Shown here piece after piece: positions 37,745-51,099 of a DNA stretch of 64,000 nucleotides. Every line of letters begins with the position of its first letter. The stretch's first letter is position 1. The position numbers were made by a program, and so were the translations under genes. The notes beneath the pieces were generated by a model that worked only from the letters and a program-made list of their open reading frames with translations, was not told where the DNA came from and searched no databases. This DNA comes from Eledone cirrhosa (taxonomy: Eukaryota), in NCBI GenBank assembly GCA_964016885.1, contig OZ024744.1, positions 100,936,001 to 101,000,000 of the forward strand. Direction: 5' to 3'.

Positions 37745-40700
37745 TACACACTGTACCTCTGAGTGGAATGCAGTGCCATTGTCCATCAGCAGGTCATCCT
37801 CGGAGACCCACTCCAGGAAAATCTCATTTAACATTTGTGTAATTTCATCTGAAGTCCTTGTCTTTATTTCCTTCCATATTACCATCCACCCAGGTCCACA
37901 GTCAACCATCATGGAATACGTCCCCTACCAGTAGTGCATCATATACACTGCTAATCATTTCCAGTTGTGTTCCACTGGAATGTTTCTTGTGCAGTCGTCA
38001 CCCAGAGTTGAGTGAATGGACTGATGACACCTGTCACAACTCCTGACCTCAATCTTGTAACATCAGAGTCATCTTTCCTGGCTAGGAACAGGGTCCTAGC
38101 CACTCCCATATGCTGCACGGTATGCAGTCTCAGCTGTCATACTGCAGTTATCTCCCTGCATCAAATCCTCTGGACTTCCAACCAGGGTTTCTTCACCCTT
38201 GATTAGAATGTCTCCCTTATTCTTTTCCAAGGGCACAAAGACCACACTAGCTCTCCCAGAATTCCAGGCAGCCCTTTATTAACATCCCTGCCCCCCCCCC
38301 TTTCATTCATATATTCCTCTTGTTGGTGATCACTGATCCCACCTAAATAAGTACAGTGGCCATATCAGTACAAATCTCAATAGTATTCAGGATCTACTGC
38401 ATCATAACCACCACATGTTGTCTCATTCTGCCCCAACCACACGCCCACCCACCAGCTCACTCCATCAACTCACTCCATCAACTCGGATCTTGACGTGGCT
38501 ACATGCTGTTCGGAGCCACCCCACAATTGGATAGTGACCAACCAGTCTACAACACACACATCAAGAACAGTTTTCATGTGTTCATGCTGGTACCCAGTTA
38601 CGGGATTTCATTCCCTCTCCGAAATACCAACATATCTGTCTTGTCCCTTCACAGCTTGAGCCCCAGTACAGTCCCTTTTTCCATCATTTTCAGTAGTTTT
38701 GTGGTTAATCTGAACCACTTTTGGTGGCCTATGACCTCTGTTGCTGACACCACATACTCGTACACTAAGATATCATCAATATAGGAATTGGTGGCCCTTT
38801 TCACCTTGTCCACCTTTCCCAGGATGACCTTTGAGAACTTTTGCCATGATCTTCAGTTCTGAATTCAACCCAAACCCCCAGCTTGGCCAGACAATATGTC
38901 TGGCCTTTATACCTGACCAGCTGATACATCCATAGTTTCTCAGCTACATGTAGCTGCAGATATGCAGACATCAAGTTGACAATTGTGGAAGCCCCTGTCA
39001 TTTGTTTTCACTCTCACAAGGTTTCACCACATACATCTGTAACCTTACTGGCCGTATGTCAGGATATGTAGTCGAAAAGAACACATGTAAGCAAGATACC
39101 CCAACCCCTCAACCCATCTGAGAGTTCATTGGCTACAACTAATTACAGACTTGGTTTGTAACAACCTATCCAACTCTTGCTAGTCAATGAAAATGGATGT
39201 TAAATGATGTCGATTATATATGTGTATATATGTATGTGTGTGTATATATATATCATTGTTGTCTTATATGTTTAGCTGGCGCCATCGGTTGGTTTTCTTA
39301 GTGTCACACTTTATAATTGTTGTTTACTCTGGACCTAATGTTTTTTAACTTTTGATCCATTGAGTGCGTTGTGATTGCTAAATAGTACTTGCTAAAACTT
39401 TGATTTACACCAATTATATATATGTATATATATATATATATATATTCAATTGAAGAAAGTTGGTTGATTGAAAATCTGCCAACTTTTTCTTAACAGATGT
39501 GAAGCACTCCGCAGTTTTTGTTCATCTGGAGTTTTATTAATAAACAAGAAAGACGGTTTCATTTGTACATCCCTATTTATTCTGTTATACGTATTTCAAA
39601 GACATAAGGTACTTGTATAACAACTGCCCAACATGTTCTCTTCAGACAAAAATCCAAACAAGATGTAAAGTTCCATTGATATGTTACCAGTCATACGTGT
39701 TATTCACTTATATATATAGAGAGAGATTTTTTTTTTTTTTTCTCCTAAATAGTTGACTGAAAGTTCAGAACTGGCCTGACTTTATCATTGACTCCACCAC
39801 TGCCATTAGTGCAACACTCTGCTCTTTACCTTCTCCTTCCAATGGATTAAAATTCCCTCCTCAATCCATCTTTCTAACTCTTCCTCAAACTCGCTCTTGG
39901 CATCTCCTCTCAGGGTATACTGATAGCAGCTGACTTTATTTCTCAATGTAAGGGCCTCTCCCTTCTAGTACCACTCAACTATCCATCACTGACCATTGAA
40001 CACAGCCTGAAAATCCTTGTCTTCAATGGTGTGGTGCAGCACATTATTCTTCAGAGCTCTCCCAACTCTGTTGTTGCACACTCACACTGCATGGAGACCC
40101 CACAATACCAAATGTTACCCTGTCCTCACTAACTGTAACACCTAAAAGTCCTATTGTATCCAAGCCCATCACTGTCAAATCTATCCACCATATGGTCGAT
40201 CGCAATTGTTCGCAGCCTTCTTCTCATTCCCTGCACAACTATCTCCACTTCACTGCTACCTCTGCATCTAATCTCTCTGCCATCAACTACCCTTACACTA
40301 CTCATTCTGCTCCACTTTTTAACCACCTTCAAGGTCACTAAGGTCATTGTGCAGCCCATGTCCATGAGCACTCTTGAGACCTTCTTCCCCAACAAGAACC
40401 TCCACTATGTGCAGCGACAGCAGGAGCACCTCTATTTGCTTTCAGGATTAGTTGCCGTCGGAGTAGATCTCCTTTGACTGTTTTCCTGGCTGCAATTGCT
40501 GGCAATATGGTCTACCTGCTTACACAGGTAGCTAATATTAGTTAAGTCTTCAGCTCCTTGCAATCCCTTGCCATGTGTGGTCAATCGCCACCTAGTGCTA
40601 TAGACTTCCATGGTTGCTAGCGCCAGCCACAGCATTCCACTTAGCATTTCACATTGACTCATGGGTTTCAGAGATTAGTTTATCCATGGACATCATTTCA

Positions 40701-41050
40701 TTGTCTTGCAGCTGCAGTTATTCCAACCTCATTGATATCTCATCAGAGAAGCCATTCATGAATGGCAACAACATTGCCCTTTCCAGGTCTTCCCCCTGTA
40801 AATCCAGAGAATAAGGCCAATCTCTAAAGTTCTGCCATGTACACGCTCACCTGCTCTCCCATCTGCCTCCCCTTCCCTAATCTGGCAAATGCAGCATACG
40901 ACCCTTCCGTGAATGCTTCCTTTAGGTGCTTTTTGACTTTCTCTACATTTGGTTGGTCCACTTTGTCCATATCAAACAATAAGGCCTGCTACATCTTTGA
41001 TGCTTTGCAGCCTGGTCACTTACTTGATTTTTTAAAAATCCAGATGATAA
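37745..41050 (-). mobile_element. Gypsy-type LTR retrotransposon relic (gag-PR-RT-RH-INT), interrupted at ~38790-39750
   Basis: Minus strand: YLCKQVDHIASNC knuckle (~40510), VLMDMGCTMTLV protease (~40360), SYIDDILVY RT (~38775), LVGHYPIVGWLR, integrase MVDCGPG and LLMDNGTAF (~37780). Confidence 0.82.
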
Positions 41051-41109
41051 CATCTCCTTCACCACACAAGGGTCTGATGGCATCACTACCAATCCTTATC
41101 TTTGTCAAC

Positions 41110-42255
41110 ATATCATCTGGGGGCCAGGAATGAAAGACGAGAAAAAAATAGCTTATTGTAAGGGAAAGGGGGTAGCTCACCTATCTCACAGTTCCTCCCC
41201 TATTGTTGATCTTGTCCAGATAGGATATATCTGTGAGAACCCTACCCACATAATCTCTGACTAAGGAACTTTCCTAGCAACAACAGAAGGAATCTATTTC
41301 ACGTATGTTCTTAGTGCTTCCTTCTCTTGTGCATCTGCTACATACAAAGTCTATCTTTTCTGTTAGCCTACCTGCAATCCCACTACATCTCTTGTGTGTT
41401 CATAGTTTGCACTCTGTGTACCTTATAGATTTTCTGCCCACCCCTTTCTGAACATGACCGTTTCCTTGAAGGAATCACCATTCTGTCTTCTTTTCTACTT
41501 TTAGGACTTTCAATTCTAGGTTTTGCTTCCATGCTTGCAATTTTGCTTTTAACTCCTCATCTATGAGGACTAGATCATTAGCATATAAGAGTTCTTATAG
41601 CATGACAGTTTAAAACTTTTCTGTTATGGCCTGTAGGACAAAAATAAACTATTGGATTGTGGTGAGGCCTGGTAGTGCCCCCTCCCCCCAAGACACACAC
41701 CTGCACTTCAAATTCATCACTATACTCATTGCCTTTATACATGGCTTCTACTGTCCTCACAAACCATTCGTCTACACCTAGCTTCCTAGTTTTGCCCACC
41801 AGATTATAGAGCACAGGACCCTTTCAAAGGTTTCTTCAGATCCATGAATGCTGAGTACAGAGATTTACTCTGGAAGAGGACATTGTTAGCATTCTTACCT
41901 AGCATAAAGCCAAACTTCATCTCATCTAACTGTAATCATCATCATAATCGTTTAAGGTCTATCGTCCATGCTAGCATGGGTTAGACGGGATTTTCCCACT
42001 TGAGGCAAGATTGGTCGGGTGACCATGTCTCGCTCGTTTAGGACTGTATCTGGCAGGTTTTTCTATGGCTGGAATCCCTTCCTAACACAAACCACATTTA
42101 CAGTGTGGACTGAGAGCCTTTTTACCATGTCTCCTACATGACCACTTTGCAACTTTCACGATCTGGTACTGTAAATACCTCTCTCTTGTGTATCCCCTTT
42201 GACTTTGTAGTAATTTACAATGATACTGCTGCATTAGTCATTGGGTACGACAGTA
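41110..42255 (-). mobile_element. Old RTE LINE fragments with a younger RTE 3'UTR inserted at ~41935-42150
   Basis: [18 protein letters not shown] and neighbouring RT remnants. Confidence 0.8.
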
Positions 42256-42434
42256 TGAGAATACTAACATAAAAATGACACCAGTGCTGACAACAATGAT
42301 ATTAAGTGAAATCTGGCAATATAAATGTCTTTTTTATTCAAATAATATTTGTTAAAAGAAAATGTTTACCTGTAAAATAATCATTGCTTAGGAAATATTT
42401 ATAAATATTGTGTTTTTTACATATCTTAACACAG

Positions 42435-42509
42435 GATATAGATGAATATTTCCAGAAAACTCGTGACTGGGCTAACAACTATGCTACATTGATGAAAGAA
42501 ACATCAGAG
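42435..42509 (+). CDS. Internal exon D of the sorting nexin; start of BAR domain
   Basis: aacacAG|GATATA...TCAGAG|GTAGGT; 75 nt, phase 0; DIDEYFQKTRDWANNYATLMKETSE resembles SNX5/6 KDVDDFFE..R.FL..Y...VK; alternative donor 4 nt downstream. Confidence 0.82.
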
Positions 42510-42640
42510 GTAGGTAAGCTTTTCTGATCTTGTAAATGATTTGATTAATGTTTTGTGTTAGTTATAATTTAATATCTCACCCTAGTACATAATAATACTA
42601 CAGACATCTTCACCAACATACAGTGACATCATGTTAACAG

Positions 42641-42930
42641 TGGAGGCGTGTGGCCTAGTGGTAAGGGTGTTGAGCTTACGATCATATTATCAAGGGTTCT
42701 ATTCCTTGACTGGGCAATGTGTTGTGTTCTTGAGCAAAACACTTCACTTCACATTGTTCCAGTATACTCAGCTGAAAATGAGTAGCAGCAATAGCTGGAG
42801 GTTTAACCCTGCAATGGACTGGTGTCCTGTCTAGAGGAGGTGGGAGTCTTGTACTCTCAGATAATTAATGTCACGGAAACCAAGATAAGCACCAGCCTGA
42901 TGAGCCTCTGGGTGTGAGACAGACTTTAGA
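42641..42930 (+). mobile_element. SINE family 2 (tail type c)
   Basis: GGAGGCGTGTGGCCTAGTGG head, TTCTTGAGCAAAACACTT box, tail AACCCTGCAATGGACTGG...GGAAACCAAGATAAGC. Confidence 0.75.
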
Positions 42931-42947
42931 TTTTAGATAGTTTCCAT

Positions 42948-44103
42948 TACAGAACATAGTACAGTACACAGTACACAGTGTTGTCATCTTTACCAACAAA
43001 CACTACAGTACATAGTACAGTATAGTACAGTGTTGTCATCTTCACCAACAACCACTCCAGTACAGTACAGTACACAGTGTTGTCATCTTCACCAACAAAC
43101 ACTACAGTACAGTACATAGTACAGTACACAGTGTTGTCATCTTTACCAACAAACACTACAGTACAGTACATAGTATAGTACAGTACACAGTGTTGTCATC
43201 TTCACCAACAACCACTCCAGTACAGTACACAGTGTTGTCATCTTTACCAACAAACACTACAGTACAGTACATAGTACAGTACAGTACACAGTACACAGTG
43301 TTGTCATCTTTACCAACAAACACTACAGTACAGTACATAGTACAGTACAGTACACAGTACACAGTGTTGTCATCTTCACCAACAAACACTACAGTACAGT
43401 ACATAGTACAGTACAGTACATAGTACAGTACAGTACACAGTACACAGTGTTGTCATCTTCACCAACAAACACTACAGTACATAGTACAGTACAGTACACA
43501 GTACAGTGTTGTCATCTTCACCAACAAACACTACAGTACATAGTACAGTACAGTACACAGTACACAGTGTTATCTTCACCAACAAACACTACAGTACAGT
43601 ACATAGTACAGTACAGTACACAGTACACAGTGTTGTCATCTTCACCAACAAACACTACAGTACAGTACATAGTACAGTACAGTACATAGTACAGTACAGT
43701 ACACAGTACACAGTGTTGTCATCTTCACCAACAAACACTACAGTACATAGTACAGTACAGTACACAGTACAGTGTTGTCATCTTCACCAACAAACACTAC
43801 AGTACAGTACATAGTACAGTACATAGTACAGTACATAGTACAGTACATAGTACAGTACAGTTCACAGTGTTGTCATCTTTACCAACAACCACTACAGTAC
43901 AGTACATAGTACAGTACAGTACACAGTACACAGTGTTGTCATCTTTACCAACAACCACTACAGTACAGTACATAGTACAGTACAGTACACAGTACACAGT
44001 GTTGTCATCTTTACCAACAAACACTACAGTACAGTACACAGTACAGTACATAGTACAGTACAGTACACAGTACACAGTGTTGTCATCTTTACCAACAACC
44101 ACT
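42948..44103. repeat. Compound minisatellite: GTGTTGTCATCTTCACCAACAAACACTA alternating with variable (CAGTA)n
   Basis: Direct units of variable length. Confidence 0.92.
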
Positions 44104-44426
44104 CATATTGACAAAACATGTTTCCATGATATTTCTCTGACTAAAAAGTAACTCCTAAGAACTGGTTCTGTTTGTGGTCCCCAGCCCCACTGGTTCTTTT
44201 GATTGTCAACTTAAGTAGATAGAAATATAATAGATGTATGACCATTTAAGTCATACAATACATAATGAAAAGGGCCAATAATACCGGGAGGTAAAAGGAC
44301 ACACAAAGAGACAGCTTCAGCCAAAACCTACTCAACAATTGTTCTGTCGTTCATTGCTGTTGCCAAGTCCTGGATTTCAATACCAGAATCTCTGGAAATG
44401 ACATCGGGATAGGAGAGTTAGCACCC

Positions 44427-45268
44427 CCTGTTATTAGTGACTGCTTATGGTTTCCAAAGCACTAATGGGGACACAGCCTCTTAGGTGGCACGATGGCAGT
44501 GGCCATCAAATAAGGATAGGAGAGCTTGTGTCCTCTGTTATTAGTGACTGCTTGTGGTTTTCAAAGCACTAATGGGGACACAGCCTCATAGGTGGCACGA
44601 TGGCAGTGGCCAGCAAATAAGGATAGGAGAGCTTGTGTCCCCTGTTATTAGTGACTGCTTATGGTTTCCAAAGCACTAATGGGGACACAGCCTCTTAGGT
44701 GGCATGATGGCAGTGGCCAGCAAATAAGGATAGGAGAGCTTGTGTCCCCTGTTATTAGTGACTGCTTATGGTTTCCAAAGCACTAATGGGGACACAGCCT
44801 CTTAGGTGGCATGATGGCAGTGGCCAGCAAATAAGGATAGGAGAGCTTGTGTCCCCTGTTATTAGTGACTGCTTATGGTTTCCAAAGCACTAATGGGGAC
44901 ACAGCCTCATAGGTGGGACGATGGCAGTGGCCAGCAAATAAGGATAGGAGAGCTTGTGTCCCCTGTTATTAGTGACTGCTTATGGTTTCCAAAGCACTAA
45001 TGGGGACACAGCCTCTTAGGTGGCACGATGGCAGTGGCCATCAAATAAGGATAGGAGAGCTTGTGTCCCCTGTTATTAGTGACTGCATGTGGTTTCCAAA
45101 GCACTAATGGGGACACAGCCTCATAGGTGGCATGATGGCAGTGGCCAGCAAATAAGGATAGGAGAGCTTGTGTCCCCTGTTATTAGTGACTGCTTGTGGT
45201 TTCCAAAGCACTAAGGGGGACACAGCCTCATAGGAGGCACGATGGCAGTGGCCAGCAAATAAGGATAA
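44427..45268. repeat. 107-bp tandem repeat, ~8 units, each with an internal hairpin
   Basis: CCTGTTATTAG starts at 44641, 44748, 44855; GTGTCCCC...ATTAGTG / CACTAAT GGGGACAC. Confidence 0.93.
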
Positions 45269-45644
45269 GAGACAGATATGCAAGGGAGACTGGCATATAT
45301 TTCTCTCAAAGGCAGCTGTTGCCAGCTTATATTCTGAATGTGCCGAAGCAGGCGAGTGTAAGTGACATCAAGGTGCTTTTGTTGTTTGGATGAAAGCGTC
45401 CATGTTTTTAATGATCACAAGAAACGGTGTGAAGGACTCCTAGATGAAAGAATGCAACAATAGTCATGTGAAAGGAAAGGAGATGTGTTGCGATAAAATA
45501 AGCAACTTGATAAAAGAAGTGGAGAGAAAACGTGTGATCACAAATATTATTATAATATTGCCAATAAAATTTTTTTAAATAATAAAAAAAAACTCCATGG
45601 TCATCAGCCAACAAAATGGACATATGCAGATTTGAGTCTACATG

Positions 45645-45683
<39 letters not shown>

Positions 45684-45700
45684 TATATAGATATATATAG

Positions 45701-45731
<31 letters not shown>

Positions 45732-45937
45732 ACCTTTCAGTATACATGGAATATATAGAGAGAGTATAGAGAGAGAGAACCCTTGAGTCTACATTGAATA
45801 TATATATATATATAGAGAGAGAGAGAAACCTTCCCCCTCATTATGGAGTGGGGAACCCTGGTGAAAGCTTTTTCCTCATCAACAAATGCTAGATAAAGGG
45901 GCTTACTCTTAGTTAAGTACTACTCCTGCAGCTGTAT

Positions 45938-46000
<63 letters not shown>

Positions 46001-46393
46001 TATATATATATTGTGTGTGTGTGATTATGTATACGTGTGTGTCTGTGTGTATATATACACAACTTTTTTACTGCAGATGCAAAGTACTTATTTTCTAATG
46101 ATTACACTGAATCGGTGTCCGTGCACAACAACGCCAATGATTTGACAGTAGTTGGACTCTACAGGCCACAACAAATGCCTCTAATGTGCTTTAAAGAATG
46201 CTTCAACAGCAAGGTAAGCCAAGCACAACCCACAATATGTCAATCACCACCAACTTGCTTCAAGGCCACACCCATGACCTGGCACTTCCTCCCCCACAGC
46301 GAGATAGATGTCTTTACCCCAATCCCAACCCTCATCAATGCTTTCTGGCCCAGAACAATGACACTTAGCATTCAAGTCTTGTATTGAGGTAGA

Positions 46394-48820
46394 TAGTGCT
46401 GGTGCCATTATAAACTGCACCCACCCCACCATGTAGAATGGTAGTGCTGGTGCCATTATAAACTGCACCCAACCCACCATGTAGAATGGTAGTGCTGGTG
46501 CCATTATAAACTGTACCCAACCCACCATGTAGAATGGTAGTGCTGGTGCCATTATAAACTGCACCCAACCCACCATGTAGAATGGTAGTGCTGGTGCCAT
46601 TATAAACTGCACCCAACCCACCATGTAGAATGGTAGTGCTGGTGCCATTATATACTGCACCTAACCCACCATATAGAATGGTAGTGCTGGTGCCATTATA
46701 TACTGCACCCAACCCACCATGTAGAATGGTAGTGCTGGTGCCATTATAAACTGTACCCAACCCACCATGTAGAATGGTAGTGCTGGTGCCATTATAAACT
46801 GCACCCAACCCACCATGTAGAATGGTAGTGCTGGTGCCATTATAAACTGTACCCAACCCACCATGTAGAATGGTAGTGCTGGTGCCATTATAAACTGCAC
46901 CTAACCCACCATATAGAATGGTAGTGCTGGTGCCATTATATACTGCACCCAACCCACCATGTAGAATGGTAGTGCTGGTGCCATTATATACTGTACCCAA
47001 CCCACCATGTAGAATGGTAGTGCTGGTGCCATTATAAACTGCACCCAACCCACCATATAGAATGGTAGTGCTGGTGCCATTATATACTGCACCCAACCCA
47101 CCATGTAGAATGGTAGTGCTGGTGCCATTATAAACTGCACCTAACCCACCATATAGAATGGTAGTGCAGGTGCCATTATAAACTGTACCCAATCTACCAT
47201 GTAGAATGGTAGTGCTGGTGCCATTATAAACTGCACCCAACCCACCATATAGAATGGTAGTGCTGGTGCCATTATATACTGCACCCAACCCACCATGTAG
47301 AATGGTAGTGCTGGTGCCATTATAAACTGTACCCAACACACCATGTAGAATGGTAGTGCTGGTGCCATTATAAACTGCACCCAACCCACCATATAGAATG
47401 GTAGTGCTGGTGCCATTATAAACTGCACCCAACCCACCATGTAGAATGGTAGTGCTGGTGCCATTATATACTGCACCCAACCCACCATGTAGAATGGTAG
47501 TGCTGGTGCCATTATATACTGCACCCACCCCACCATGTAGAATGGTAGTGCTGGTGCCATTATAAACTGCACCCAACCCACCATATAGAATGGTAGTGCT
47601 GGTGCCATTATATACTGCACCCAACCCACCATGTAGAATGGTAGTGCTGGTGCCATTATAAACTGCACCCAACCCACCATGTAGAATGGTAGTGCTGGTG
47701 CCATTATAAACTGCACCCAACCCACCATGTAGAATGGTAGTGCTGGTGCCATTATAAACTGTACCCACCCCACCATGTAGAATGGTAGTGCTGGTGCCAT
47801 TATAAACTGCACCCAACCCACCATGTAGAATGGTAGTGCTGGTGCCATTATAAACTGCACCCAACCCACCATATAGAATGGTAGTGCTGGTGCCATTATA
47901 AACTGCACCCAACCCACCATGTAGAATGGTAGTGCTGGTGCCATTATATACTGTACCCAACCCACCATATAGAATGGTAGTGCTGGTGCCATTATAAACT
48001 GCACCCAACCCACCATATAGAATGGTAGTGCTGGTGCCATTATAAACTGCACCCAACCCACCATATAGAATGGTAGTGCTGGTGCCATTATATACTGTAC
48101 CCAACCCACCATGTAGAATGGTAGTGCTGGTGCCATTATAAACTGCACCCAACCCACCATGTAGAATGGTAGTGCTGGTGCCATTATATACTGCACCCAA
48201 CCCACCATGTAGAATGGTAGTGCTGGTGCCATTATAAACTGCACCCAACCCACCATGTAGAATGGTAGTGCTGGTGCCATTATATACTGCACCCAACACA
48301 CCATGTAGAATGGTAGTGCTGGTGCCATTATATACTGCACCTAACCCACCATATAGAATGGTAGTGCTGGTGCCATTATAAACTGCACCTAACCCACCAT
48401 ATAGAATGGTAGTGCTGGTGCCATTATATACTGCACCCAACACACCATGTAGAATGGTAGTGCAGGTGCCATTATAAACTGTACCCAACTCACCATGTAG
48501 AATGGTAGTGCTGGTGCCATTATAAACTGCACCCAACCCACCATATAGAATGGTAGTGCTGGTGCCATTATATACTGCACCCACCCCACCATGTAGAATG
48601 GTAGTGCTGGTGCCATTATAAACTGTACCCAACCCACCATGTAGAATGGTAGTGCTGGTGCCATTATAAACTGCACCCAACCCACCATGTAGAATGGTAG
48701 TGCTGGTGCCATTATAAACTGCACCCAACCCACCATGTAGAATGGTAGTGCTGGTGCCATTATAAACTGCACCCAACCCACCATGTAGAATGGTAGTGCT
48801 GGTGTCATTATAAACTGCTC
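46394..48820. repeat. 48-bp minisatellite, ~50 units, expanded within an old RTE-type 3'UTR
   Basis: TAGTGCTGGTGCCATTATAAACTGCACCCAACCCACCATGTAGAATGG; continues into GGTTGCTGTTAGGAAGG...AACCAATGCAAGC...GATGATG UTR end at 48840-48975. Confidence 0.95.
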
Positions 48821-48984
48821 CCAGACATGCTGTAATGTGGTTGCTGTTAGGAAGGTGCCTATTGTCATAGAAACCAAGCCATGACTTCGTCACCTGGCTG
48901 GTCAGACTTCGGCATGTGACAACCATCTAACCAATGCAAGCATAGGAAATAGATATTAAATTACGATGATGTTGTTGATCATTG

Positions 48985-49810
48985 TCATCATCATCATCAT
49001 CATCACCATTCAACATCTATTTTTTCCACACTTGCATGGGTTAGACGGGTTGTCATGTTATGTGACAGGTAAGGTTTGGAGACCATGTCGTGCTCATACG
49101 GATCTGTAATTTGGCTTGGTTTTTACAGTTGGAGGCTCTTGCTAATGCCAACGCCGTTACAATGTCGACTGGGTGCTTTTCATTGTAGCACTGAATCAAC
49201 CCAGATTTACAGGGTAGACTGGGTGCATTTTGTCATGTCACCACCACGACCACCTTACAGGGTAGACTGGGTGCATTTTGTCATGTCACCACCACAACCA
49301 CTTTACAGAGTAGACTGGGTGCATTTTGTCATGTCACCACCACGACCCCCTTACAGGGTAGACTGGGTGTTTTTTGTCATGTCACCACCACAACCACTTT
49401 ACAGAGTAGACTGGGTGTTTTTTGTCATGTCACCACGACAACCACTTTCCAGAGTAGACTGGGTGTTTTTTGTCATGTCACCACGACAACCACTTTAGAG
49501 AGTAGACTGGGTGTTTTTTGTCATGTCACCACGACAACCACTTTAGAGAGTAGACTGGGTGGTTTTTGTCATCTCACCAGGACAACCACTTTGCAGAGTA
49601 GACTGGGTGTTTATTGTCATGTCACCACCACAACCACTTTACAGAGTAGACTGGGTGTTTATTGTCATGTCACCACCACAACCACTTTACAGAGTAGAAT
49701 GGGTGTTTTTTGCATGTCACTACGACAACCACTTTACAGAGTAGACTGGGTGTTTTTTGTCATGTCACCACGACAACCACTTTACAGAGTAGATTAGGTG
49801 TTTTTTGTCA
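48985..49810 (-). mobile_element. RTE-type 3'UTR with ~12 tandem 48-bp units (49200-49810)
   Basis: (GTAGACTGGGTGTTTTTTGTCATGTCACCACGACAACCACTTTACAGA)n. Confidence 0.9.
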
Positions 49811-49952
49811 TATATACATATGTGTACACAGTGGTTGAAATTGGCCACCACCAACTCTGGGACTATCAAAATTTCTGACCAACTAAGAGAGCCCAAACTG
49901 GTGGCACCAATTTTTATACCATATAAAGACCTCCTGCAGTTCCTCATCATTT

Positions 49953-50294
49953 GTCATCATCATCATTTCATCTTACGTCCGCTTTTTCCCTGCTTGCAAG
50001 GGTGGGACGGGAACTGATTCTGGCTTGATTTCTACAGCTGGATGCCCTTCCTAACACCAACCTCATTTACAGTGAGTGCTGGGTGCTTTTTTGCCGTGGC
50101 ACCTACACGTCCACTTTCCAGTGGAATGATTGGGACTGGGGTCCCTATCATCTCATTTCTACAGCTGAGTAAACTGGAGCAATGTGAAATAAAGTGTCTT
50201 GCTCAAGGAAACAACACATCACCTGGTCTGAGAATTGAACTCACAACCTTTCGATTGCAAGGCCAATGCTCTAACCACTAAGCCATGTGCCTCC
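49953..50294 (-). mobile_element. SINE family 2, tail type a
   Basis: Reverse match to 28708-29043. Confidence 0.9.
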
Positions 50295-50400
50295 TTGTGA
50301 TGAAATTAATTAATATTGATATGCCAGTGCATATAAGATGAACATGGCCATAGTTTTGTACAATAACAACTTGGCTAATGTATGATTTCTCTATATAAAA

Positions 50401-50853
50401 CATCATCATTATCATCATCACCATTTTACGTCCGTTCTTCTACGCCAGCATGGGTTAGACAGGTTGTCCTGTTGTGGGCAGTGTCCGGTCAGCTGACCTT
50501 GTCTTGCTCATACGGGAACTGATTCTGGCTTGATTTCTACGGCTGGATGCCATTCCTAACACCAACCTCATTCACAGTGAATGCTGGGTGCTTTTTTGCC
50601 ATGGCACCTCCACAACCACTTTGCAGTGTGGGCTTGGGTGTGGCGGCATATTGTCTATATGCTTCAGCTTTGGGTATTCTGCATTACTGCGTGACGCAGT
50701 ATGTCACGGTCACGGTCGTATGTCATCGCCTTTGAGGGGTGTAATTGAGTAAGGTCGGCTTTTATCACCTCATCCCAGGTCTTCTTGGATCTCCCCACTC
50801 TGTGGTTTCCACCAAACTTCTAGTGCTCTGCACCTTTTTATGCAGCTGTCATC

Positions 50854-50855
<2 letters not shown>
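50401..50855 (-). mobile_element. RTE LINE 3' fragment
   Basis: KDDSCIKRCRALEV plus 3'UTR similar to 21560-22062. Confidence 0.85.
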
Positions 50856-50890
<35 letters not shown>

Positions 50891-51099
50891 TACACACACA
50901 CACACAGACACGTACAGACACGCACACACACACACACCAATAAGAGTGGGCTCTGATTTGTTGCACAAACTGGCATTACAAATGCAATATTACCTTAATG
51001 CTGGAAACTGCACTCCAGCAAGGTGGCTGACAAGGTAACAATTCATTTGTCTGTTAAAGTTATGTAAATGTATGCCTTTTCTGCTGATAATACATTCAT

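Noticed and set aside
39450-39545. Hairpin plus AATAAA resembling another hammerhead remnant
   Set aside because: TTGAAGA and a stem are present but there is no GAAA/NUH; too degenerate to call
42893-42925. CTGATGA hammerhead-like core
   Set aside because: No GAAA after a stem II; part of a SINE tail
42948-44103. Constant ~28-bp repeat with variable intervening sequence (CRISPR-like)
   Set aside because: The intervening parts are only variable numbers of CAGTA/CATAG units, not unique spacers
46394-48820. CRISPR-like regular array and 853-aa/399-aa ORFs
   Set aside because: Contiguous 48-bp units with no unique spacers and no cas genes; the ORFs arise because 48 is a multiple of 3
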